From the NCBI GenBank assembly GCA_032718475.1, contig JAUCBJ010005064.1, positions 1-54,727 of the forward strand: 54,727 nucleotides of DNA, given 5' to 3'. Positions 35,491 to 45,500 of this stretch are shown here, piece by piece. The translations under genes and the position numbers were made by a program. The stretch comes from Nemertoderma westbladi (lineage: Eukaryota; Animalia; Xenacoelomorpha). The notes under the pieces were generated by a model. The model was not told the DNA's origin and ran no database searches. It worked only from the letters and a program-made list of their open reading frames with translations. Every line of letters begins with the position of its first letter. The first letter of the stretch is position 1.

Positions 35491-36075
35491 GTCGCTTAAT
35501 CAATAATATTTTGACCAATGGGTATATTTATAATGGGTGTGTCTTTAAAACGTCGTTCGCGCGCCGCAATCGTTCGTTTTTAGTAAATGATTACAGAAAA
35601 ATATCTATCGGGAGAGAAAGTTTGCGATGCCAACATTAAATTAAATTCGCTCATGCTTAAAATTATGAAACTTCTAAGAAGCTACACAGTTAATACAGTT
35701 GACGTCAATCAATTTAACCGTGAGTAATATTCTGTGGAATTTCAGGGGTGTGTCTATAAAAATTTATATAGACCGCATTAATCGCCACCGCAAGCTGTTA
35801 CCACTTACGTCAACCAATTTAAGCGTAAATAAATATTTCCCTTGAAATTTATAGGAAGTTTTTCAAAAAAAAATTCTCTCAGGACAATAGCGATTAATCC
35901 GGTTGAGTGGTTAAAATATACCCGTTTTCCCGATAGCCCATCATTATATTATAAATACGTCGTAAAATACTTTATTTCGTCATTCGGGTTAATTCATTCA
36001 TTATCATATTTTTCGCACATTGTATAGCGCGATATTATTGTATTTTTACACTTAATTATTAATATTTCGCAAAAT

Positions 36076-37374
36076 TTGTTGATGGAATCTGTGAAACCAT
36101 CACAACCAAAAATGATGTCATTAAGCGGTAGCTCTACTGATAGTGCGCCCGCCCCATACGTATCGGTGATTACAGGTAAGAGTGTGTGGGGCCTCGAGTG
36201 TTTGGGGGAAGGAATAGAAATAAAAGCATTTAACGGGAAATACGTTCGATTCAACCGTTGGGGTGATACCAAAGGACGCAACGTCGTGCAAGATTCGGTA
36301 AGTCTTACTTACCAGAACATAAGATTCCTGTTTGACTTCCTCAATTATAATAAAATAGCCATTGAATATTACAAGGAATACACCCGAGGCAATTTGCTTA
36401 TAACACCAATAAATCATGCGTACTTACGCATTGGGAAAAACGGCGCATCAATTTTTATCTCGCGAAAAATTCTAGATGTCTTACAAAGCATCTACGGCAA
36501 AGTCGTTCTTTCCCGTATTGAACCAAAAAAGAAGGAAATTCATGATGAGAATTTTATGGAGTTCGAAGATTGTGGGTACATTGGATATATCTACGACTTT
36601 GAAGGGCAACGATTTGTCGGCGTTTGGGAAGCGGATGATATAGGTAGACAGCGGAAGGGTGTTCTATATTACGATGGGTTGAATCTCAGAGTGGTTGAAT
36701 TCTGTTTGCTCGACTTTAACATAGATAAGAATGTTAACGAGAATATCGATGAGGTTAGTATGAGGTACACATCCACCATTAACAAAAACGGGATATATTT
36801 GTCCCACAACTTCGACACCAAGGTTATTTTCATCCCTCGAAACAACACAAATGTCAAGATAATTAAGCAATTACAGAAGTACGCGGACCGCGATATTCCG
36901 TCTGGGTGTGAGTTTCTACCGATTAAAAAGTTAGTTGTTGAGGCTGCGATTGATGAATTAGTGGACGAGGAACTAATGAAAGTGGTAATGCCGAACAACG
37001 CTAGTCAGCTGAAGACGTCCGAAGCAGTAAAAGTCACTGCTAAGAAAATGGATGAGAAAAAAATCTGGTTGCCCGCGATTGCAGAAAATGAACGGGTAGA
37101 CGGCGCTGAAAAAAAGAATGATTATAAGGATATTGATACCCTCATTGGGGGTGCGAGCGCTCAGATGAAGATGAAAACACCTAAAGCCATGAAAGAACAA
37201 GCGCTTAAGCGAAAAATTGATCTCATCGTGAATAAAACACCTAGCTATGAGTATGAAGATATCAGCGACTTTGAAGAGGACATTGTCAATGATACGGATG
37301 ATGGTGAAGACATTTTCAATGAAATCGAGACTAATGGGCAACCTCAAATAAAGAAGAATAAACATTCAGTGTGA
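36076..37374 (+). CDS. Polinton protein, possible tandem PC4-like ssDNA-binding domains with acidic tail
   Basis: Intact 432-aa ORF with AATAAA downstream; IKAFNGKYVRF...SVSLTYQNIRFL and YDFEGQRFVGV...DGLNLRVVEF resemble PC4. Confidence 0.6.
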   Translation: MLMESVKPSQPKMMSLSGSSTDSAPAPYVSVITGKSVWGLECLGEGIEIKAFNGKYVRFNRWGDTKGRNVVQDSVSLTYQNIRFLFDFLNYNKIAIEYYKEYTRGNLLITPINHAYLRIGKNGASIFISRKILDVLQSIYGKVVLSRIEPKKKEIHDENFMEFEDCGYIGYIYDFEGQRFVGVWEADDIGRQRKGVLYYDGLNLRVVEFCLLDFNIDKNVNENIDEVSMRYTSTINKNGIYLSHNFDTKVIFIPRNNTNVKIIKQLQKYADRDIPSGCEFLPIKKLVVEAAIDELVDEELMKVVMPNNASQLKTSEAVKVTAKKMDEKKIWLPAIAENERVDGAEKKNDYKDIDTLIGGASAQMKMKTPKAMKEQALKRKIDLIVNKTPSYEYEDISDFEEDIVNDTDDGEDIFNEIETNGQPQIKKNKHSV

Positions 37375-37613
37375 ATCTTCGAGCGGTAGAAACTTTATTA
37401 TATAAATAGACCATGTTCGTAGGCGGTGTCGCTGCAACGAGCCAGGCACGGTTAAATTATTATTATTATTATTTTGTGGTGGTAAATTATTTGTTGGTAT
37501 AATGAATTATCGATGGAAATAAATATTATATAAATTTATTTATTTACAGTATTATACATTATTATACACATATTTATTTATTTATTACTTTATTTTATTT
37601 ATTATATGCGGAT

Positions 37614-38063
37614 ATGTTGGGGGAAAATGAGCTTGTGGTCGATGAGGTGGATATGGATGTGGAGGAAGAGGTGGAAGAGGAGGAAGATGAGGATGTGGCG
37701 GCTGAAATAGCGAAGGAGAATGAAGAAATATTGGTGGCTATGTATGCGAGGGAGAAAGAAGAAGCGCGGTTGGAGAGGTTATTAAATCCAAGAAACGAGT
37801 GGGAGGAGTTAGAGAAGAAGCATTATTTGGAAGAAGAGGCGAGAAAGAACAGCGCGTGGGGGGAAGATTGGACATTGGAGATGGAGGCGGAGGGGGATAG
37901 GAGAGCGCGGGAGGCGGAGAGATGTGCGCGGGAGAATGCAATGGAGGGGGAAATCGAAATGTTGCGGGGAATGTTGGGGATGTTGGGTGGTGGTGGTGAA
38001 GGTGATGATGTGGAGGATGAAGAAGAAGATTGGGTAGATGACGATAGTGGAATAAGTGGGTGA
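37614..38063 (+). CDS. Small highly acidic hypothetical protein next to the Polinton terminus
   Basis: Intact 149-aa E/D-rich, purine-biased ORF between AT-rich spacers. Confidence 0.55.
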   Translation: MLGENELVVDEVDMDVEEEVEEEEDEDVAAEIAKENEEILVAMYAREKEEARLERLLNPRNEWEELEKKHYLEEEARKNSAWGEDWTLEMEAEGDRRAREAERCARENAMEGEIEMLRGMLGMLGGGGEGDDVEDEEEDWVDDDSGISG

Positions 38064-38284
38064 GGTGGTGGGAGAAATTTTAAAATAGTAATGGTGATGG
38101 ATTTAAGTAAAATAATCAAATTAAAAATAATATTATAAATACTATAACCTTACACCCAATTCGCGGCTCGCCCCACAACTTGTTGCTTAGCGATATTGGG
38201 TTTTACCTATTGCGGTTCAAGGTCAAACGCCAACCGGTAGACACGAATTAATTAAATTACTTCCGTCTGCGGACTGGCCTTATA

Positions 38285-38472
38285 CCACATATGTCACATA
38301 TACACAGTGGTGACATATGTTACATATACACAATGGTAACCATAGTAAGTGGGTGGGGCAACACAATGGTAATCATAGTAAGTAGGCGGGGCAAGAGCCG
38401 TTCGGCAAATTCTTTAACATGGTAGACTATGGCAGACGCGGTTTTATTTCAGCTGTTTATCATACTACTACT
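38285..38472. repeat. Polinton terminal region (probable TIR) with short subterminal direct repeats
   Basis: CATATGTYACATATACACA x2, ACACAATGGTAAYCATAGTAAGTRGGYGGGGCAA x2, ends ACTACTACT. The inner boundary is unknown without the partner TIR. Confidence 0.6.
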
Positions 38473-39176
38473 TCCCAACTTTATGGGGTTGGTGAGCGGA
38501 ATTGAATCCGCTCACACTCCCCCCCATGCTATCTTCCCAGTGAGAAGATAGCATCACCAACGAGTGCGCTTCAATTCCGCTGGAACCCGATCTATTATCG
38601 GGTGTGGGGTGGAGTCCTCTTTCTCGGAGTCGGCTTTCCAGGCCGCTCCCCCTGGGTGTGATATTGCTACCCTCTCTTAGTGCAACTTCACCTATGTTGC
38701 ACCAAGACATCTGGCGTCTCGGTATGAGACAATTGCGGATTTCTCTCACACAATTTTATCCCCTCTCCACTCTAACTGACTTTAACTCTCGGACCTCTTT
38801 GTCCCTCATTCTGCCTCTTACTCCTCCCCCACACTTGAATTGCACTCGTATTCTCTCCACGCCTTCTATACTCAACCCTTGTCTACTTTTAACTCATTCA
38901 CTCCTGACGAGCCTTATCCTCCCCTTCTGTGCCGTCGCACTTAAGAAGTGTCAAGTCATCTAGTGTCTCATCCTGTCATAGTCAATTGGTCCCCAGTCCC
39001 AGTAGCTAATTGGAAAAAGTTACATGAATATAGTACTTACTTTGGTTATATTGGTTATATGATTATATTCTATTCTAATGATTATTACATACGTACATAG
39101 TAATTGCACTTTTAATTAAATTTGCACTTAGGAGTTCGTATTACTTCACATGTGGTGCCTTCCAGGCATCTCCACA
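38473..39176 (-). repeat. Partial 3' LTR of element C (truncated at the Polinton terminus)
   Basis: Minus strand GAGGGGGAGA (PPT, 39186-39177) directly followed by TGTGGAGATG; no CA end recognised before 38473. Confidence 0.65.
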
Positions 39177-39192
39177 TCTCCCCCTCTAAGTT

Positions 39193-41754
39193 CTAGTTCG
39201 CTCCTCCCGACTTTGGGAACCATCTCAATTCCTTCCCTCTGTCGTCCTCCTCCCTCGGTCGCTTCCTGGTTGTTGCCGCTCCCTTGTTCTTATCCCCTTT
39301 AAGGTTCCTGATCCTTGCCGTCACTTCTCTACTGATTCCCGTCGTCGACTCCTTGGGCGCTGGTGTTATAAGCTCCCGGTATCGCTTTGCGGGCGGCCCT
39401 TCCGAAAGGCCCTGTTGTTTCCCCCTAGTAGCGTCCCACAGGATCACCTTCATAGCCCGCGGCACATGCTCCGTCAAGATATCTCTGAACTCTCCCCGGT
39501 TCTCTGGTGTCCACCTGTCTAAATACCTCTGTGTATTTATCACTCCGGCATACGACGCCGCTGTTGACACTTCCTGATAAGTAAACGGAAGTCTCCGTTT
39601 AATGATTTCCAGGTGGGCCTCCTGGTTGATATTAAAGAAGCCCCACCGGAATTCCTGGGCCTTCATCCGCTGCTGTGTCATGGCGCCGACGTCGGCCCAC
39701 TCTTCGAAGATCTTAAACTTCTCCTCGTCATCCATCCAGTCGCACTGGCGTCCGTAGTGCCCCCGGAAGTTGCACTTAGAACACCGGTTGTGCAACCGTG
39801 GACACGCCCCCATCCTAAGACTCGACTCGCGGCAGTAGAGGCAACTCGTCCCCTTCTGGAATTGGTACAAGCAGCTCCTTTCCTGGTAAGTTTGCCTCCC
39901 GCATTAATCGCAGCCGAGTACCAATTCCTCCCGCCCCACATCGTCTTTCGTCCCAAGCGATCTCCTCGGTCTATGGAGTCGCTGGTAATCGAACTTCTGG
40001 ATGTTAGCGTCCCTGTCCATATCTATCTCCTCGCCTCGCCTGGGCATCGTCTCTCCGAATACTACCCGTGGTGTCGTTCCCGGTTGCACACCCAACCTGA
40101 TGGTGCTCCCCGTGAAATCCATTGCCGGTTCCTCATGCACCCAGGCCCGCTTGCCTGGTCTATCCCAGAAGGCCCTCACCCCGCTGGCCGTCACCACTCT
40201 CCCGCCAACCCAGTCCGTGTCCGAGTGGCCGATTCTCCCGATGGGCGGCATCTCTCCGAACTCGTTGTCATCCTCGTCCTCCTCTGGGAGTGGCTCCAAA
40301 CCCGGTATCCCGGTGGATCCACTGTGTCCCTTCCCACCTTGACTCTCGCCCGTGACTCTCCATCCTTCCAGCTCCAATGGCCTTCTCTCCGCGAAATCGC
40401 CCTTGGCGCCCGCTGGTATGGGAGTCGTTTGCAATCCCGATGTCGACTGTTTCGGTGATCCTACCGTCCACCCCAATTCTCACCCTAGAGACTCGCCCGA
40501 ACTCCCTGATATCCAGTGTAGATCGTCCAAGGCCCCCTGTTCCTCGAACCCGTAGCCCTCTCCTCTAGCTTCTGCCTCCCTTTCTTCTGCCTCCTTCCTT
40601 TCTCGTCTAGCGATTTCTTCCAATCGCTTCGCCTCTCGTCTATCCACCTCTAGCTGCTCCCACCTCTGATATGGTGTATCCACCTCCCTGTCTACTAGAT
40701 ATCGGCAGCTATAATATACCGACTCGCCCTTCAGCCCCGGGTGGTCTACCAGACACTCGAAAGCCACTTTGAAGGCTCTTCTGTAGTTCAGGGGTGATCC
40801 CGATAGCAGAAATGCCATTGGTTCTCTTTCGATAACCACGGTCATGAATAGGTTTAGCAAACCTATCATTATCCAGTCCTCCTGCAGGATATATCGCTTC
40901 TGATATATCTTTATCGCTCCTCTCCGGAATTGATACACCTCTTGCTTCCCCGGTCTCACTCCCCACTTCAGCGAGTTCGCCAACTCCTCTCCGTACTCCT
41001 CCCTGAATTTACCCTAGTCTGGCTTGTGGCATACGAGCCCCATTAACTGGCCCATCGCCACCGCTCCACAATGACCCGCGTTCTCCACTAGTCCCAACCC
41101 GGCTGGCGCTGTCATAGCCATGTAGACCGCTTGCATGTCCAGGAGGTTGGGGGTCTCCGGACTGATGATCCTCTCCACATTGTTGCGGATCGCCGATCCC
41201 ACCTTTGTCGTCGACTTCTCTCTTACTAGGCTCTGCACCGCCTTTGGCAACCGGTTTAACTTCGGCCCGTTCTTCTTCCCATACGTTCCCAGATCGAACA
41301 GGAATATATCCCCATTTGGTGCGGCCAAATGTAGGAGTATGGTTCTGGCCGACCCCGCCGACCCTCTTCTCGAACCTTCCTTGTCTTCCACAGTCCCCTC
41401 ATCGTCTAGGACCATGTATCCTCCCCTGCTGACGGACTCTACGAACCTCTTCCAGTCCTTTCTCGGTGGTTCCTTTGGATACTTCGGTATCCTGAACTTC
41501 GCCTCGTCTCCCTTTACCACGTAGTGGAAATCCTCGAAGATCGCGTTGTCTAGCGACGGTGTCCCGTAGGTCCCGACCAGCTGCTGTTCGTGCACCTCCC
41601 TGAAATGGTCCTGCAGCGATCGCGCCTTGTGACCCTTCTCTAACCGCTCGTAGTATCCCCTCGTCTTCTCTTCCAGATGCCTTTCGGTGAAATCCACCAG
41701 TATCTCCTTTCCTCCCAACTCCGCCTTTCTCTTTCTGACAAGTTTCTCCGCCAT
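39193..41754 (-). pseudogene. Element C ORF3: DEDDy-like exonuclease plus three zinc knuckles (854 codons, three in-frame stops)
   Basis: ORFs 41014-41754, 40480-40983, 39904-40476 and 39193-39870 share one frame. YMVLDDEG, LLHLAAPNGDIFLFDL, LPKAVQSLVREKSTTKVGSAI, LLDMQ, QKRYILQED; CD*C-X4-Y-X4-C, CLYC-X4-L-X4-C, CSKC-X4-H-X4-C. Confidence 0.8.
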
Positions 41755-42174
41755 TTCGAACTCCCCCTATCGCTCACCTATAAGGTGGGGCCTTACCAAG
41801 GCACAATATAAGTGAGTGATGTAGTTAGGATGGTCTGTATTGTCCGATAATGGCCTATCTCTCTCTGAAATGCTAGGTTATTGGCTAATTTCCTTATTTT
41901 TATTTCCTAAAGTGCCAAATTTCCTAAATTCCCTAATTTTGTCAGTTACTTTAATTATGTTCTAGAATATCCTGCCTACTGTTACCATAATTTGTCTAAT
42001 TTTGATTTTAATATTTATTTAATCCTACAACTGTGCTATCAGTATCTATTAATGGATAATTTATTCTCTTAATCCATATTCTGGCCTACTCTACGGGCTG
42101 TGCAGTACAGTAGTATGTCTCGTGTGGCCTACACGATCTGTCCTGCTGTACCCACGTGCCCCCCTCTCTCTACT

Positions 42175-42590
42175 CACTACTAACTCTACTAACTTTCTAA
42201 CTAATTTCTACTAACTCTTACTACCAACGGTACTACACGTACCCTCTTACTACCAACTCTTGCTACTAACGGTACTACATGTACCCTCTTACTAACTCTT
42301 CTACTAACTCTTACTAACGGTACTACATACCCTCTTTCTAACTAACTCCACTAACTCTTACTAACGGTACTACGTACCCTCTTACTAACTAACTCCACTA
42401 ACTCTTACTAATGGTACTACATACCCTCTTACTAGCTAACTCTACTAACTCTTACTAACGGTACTATGTACCCTCTTACTAACTAACTCCACTAACTCTT
42501 ACTAATGGTACTACGTACCCTCTCACTAACTAACTCCACTAACTCTTACTAATGGTACTACATACCCTCTTACTACTCTTACTAACTTCT
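42175..42590. repeat. About 47-bp minisatellite between the pol remnant and ORF3 of element C
   Basis: ACTAACTCCACTAACTCTTACTAAYGGTACTACRTACCCTCTTACTA, about 8 imperfect copies. Confidence 0.9.
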
Positions 42591-45500
42591 ATCTGCCTAC
42601 TTACTTACTACGTACCTACTGTGTACTATTACTTTCCTTTCTCATACTTTCTTTCTCTATTATTTTTATTATTTTATTTTTTTTATATTTTGTGTGGGAA
42701 GGGCGTCTCGCCCTCAATCCCACCCCCCTCAGTCCAACACTTGGACGACTAAACACTAAGGTGCGCCCTCTAGTACGTAGGCCATACTTCCTACCGCACT
42801 TCTATGGATCCAACTCTTCCATCTTCGCCCCCCTTCAGTCCAACTTATTGGACGACTCAGCGACCTATGGGTGATTCTTCCAGCAGGCAACACTCCCACT
42901 GCCCCCTGTAGGTCCTCTAATTCTCTGCCCCATTCTCCTTGTCAATTCCAGGTCTCTTGGAATTGACCTTCCCTTCTCTCCTGTCTTTAAATTTGGTAAG
43001 TGCTGCCTGTCTGTATTACTGATCTCCTCGTGGTCATCCCCTGGCGGTAAAGTGCCACCCTTCAACTTGTCGTTTGGCGGTATAATGCCGCCCCTGTTGT
43101 CATTCTTACTCTTACATGCTACCTCTGCTGGCCTCCCCCTTAATATGTGCGCTGGCATTAAAGGCCTCGATGACCCCCATTCGTCCTTCAGTATACAAGA
43201 TGTCTGCCCACGTAATCCCCCCTCGCACTCTGCCAGTCCCGTGTGCGTGTGCAATACGCCTCCTTCTACTTTCCTGGCTCCTTTGTTACGTTTACTCATG
43301 GGCTTCACTGCCCCTGGTCTAATCCTCTCACATCCTCTTCCTTTCCATCTTGTCTTCTTACTCGACTTCCCCCTTTTCGGTATCCCTCTCAATCGGACCG
43401 GCGTCTCCTCCGGATACTCCACCGGACACTACTCCGGGCTGTCCCCCGGACACCTCGCCGTCCACTCCTCCTTACCCTCACACCGATACTTGCCAGGAAC
43501 ATCCTTGTTCCATCCCATCGCCTCTAGGTCTTCTGCATCCAAGCCATTCTCCTCTGCCCACTCTCTTGGCGTTGCTTCCACTTCTGGCTGTCTCCCCCTA
43601 TCGCTCGTCTCTGGTTTCTCCTCTACCTCCTCAACAGTCCCTGGCACCATGCACCCTGAAGTCTCGGATACACTGAATGGTATATTGGTTTTGATTGGGC
43701 CGCTCAGTGTCCACCCGAATGGTGTTAAAATTGCCACCGGGTCACACTGTCTGTCTTCGCCAAAGACCGTCTGCATTCTCTCGTGGGCCGTCGGGCAGTC
43801 CATTCCTACTATAATGGATACCTTCCTAACATCCACCTCTGGTATTGAGAAGTCGATATTGTCCAGGAATCTATATTGTTAGACCTCGATGTTGGTTGGT
43901 CGCCTGGCGTTGATATTTATCGATTCTATCACCTGGATGGGGTCGATGGTCGCCCCATAGTCGCATCCCGGTGCTATCGCTGCTATCCCGCACCGTCCAG
44001 TCCTTATCTCCAGGACCTCATCTATGCTGGAGATGGTTGTTACCGCCATTCTACTTGGCCTCGTCTTCAATCCTATCTCTTCGGCCACCCAATTCTCGAC
44101 CAATGTGAAGGCTGCTCCACTGTCGACCAGCATCAGCGTGGTTACTGATCGATCGCCTTCTCCGATCACTAGGTACTACCCCGAGTAGTACCGTTCCTCT
44201 CTTCTTCGCCCCTACGGTGCTTGTCGCCATTGTCTGTCCTTTGCCTTGACCGAACTTAATTGGTGTTTCCTTGCATTGGTTAGCTCTATGTCCACCCGTC
44301 ACACATCGAGGACAGACTTCGTTCCTCCTCGCGTATTCTATCTGATCTTCTCTGGGTAGTGCTTGCCAATATCTGCAGTTCATGGTCTGATAAAGTGTGT
44401 TCGTGTGTAATTGGCATTTGTTGTTTGGGTTATAGCCATCCTTATATAGTGCGCTGCGTATCGCACTCGCGTTCGTACCTAGATCTCTACTATTCTTATT
44501 GTTTGGGTTCAGCCTACTGGGCGTGTTGGGGTTATGTTTATTTTTTGTGTTGTTATTTTTCCCCTGTCCGCTCCATGGTGTAGCCCTACCCCCGGCTACA
44601 TGTGGACTAGCAGTCCCCTGCGTCGTCGCGTATGGCAGCGATTGTCTGAGCTTTGGCAATGCGTTCGCCGTGCTGTGTTCTGGTTTCGGCCTGTTGTATT
44701 CGGTCTTTGGCCCCTTCCCCAGACTATCCTCACTATAGACTGGATCTGTGATCAATTCGGCTTCGTAGTTGAGGAAGCTCGACATTTCTTCTAGGCCCGG
44801 TTCCGCACCCTTCTTCTCTCGGGTGGAGAAAGCAATTTTTCTCACTAACTAACTCCACTAACTCTTACTAATGGTACTACATACCCTCTTACTACTCTTA
44901 CTAACTTCTATCTGCCTACTTACTTACTACGTACCTACTGTGTACTATTACTTTCCTTTCTCATACTTTCTTTCTCTATTATTTTTATTATTTTATTTTT
45001 TTTATATTTTGTGTGGGAAGGGCGTCTCGCCCTCAATCCCACCCCCCTCAGTCCAACACTTGGACGACTAAACACTAAGGTGCGCCCTCTAGTACGTAGG
45101 CCATACTTCCTACCGCACTTCTATGGATCCAACTCTTCCATCTTCGCCCCCCTTCAGTCCAACTTATTGGACGACTCAGCGACCTAAGGGTGATTCTTCC
45201 AGCAGGCAACACTCCCACTGCCCCCTGTAGGTCCTCTAATTCTCTGCCCCATTCTCCTTGTCAATTCCAGGTCTCTTGGAATTGACCTTCCCTTCTCTCC
45301 TGTCTTTAAATTTGGTAAGTGCTGCCTGTCTGTATTACTGATCTCCTCGTGGTCATCCCCTGGCGGCAAAGTGCCACCCTTCAACTTGTCGTTTGGCGGT
45401 ATAATGCCGCCCCTGTTGTCATTCTTACTCTTACATGCTACCTCTGCTGGACTCCCCCTTAATATGTGCGCTGGCATTAAAGGCCTCGATGACCCCCATT

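Larger units (their letters stand above)
30393..38472. mobile_element. Polinton/Maverick (adintovirus-like) element, one arm
   Basis: Protein-primed family B polymerase, AT-rich virus-like gene array, terminus reading AGTAGTAGT on the minus strand at 38472-38464. Confidence 0.85.

Noticed and set aside
38492-38515. lac-operator-like hairpin GTGAGCGGA...TCCGCTCAC
   Set aside because: Only a partial match with no vector context; treated as an LTR hairpin.
42175-42590. CRISPR-like array
   Set aside because: Contiguous tandem units with no unique spacers, no cas genes, eukaryotic context.
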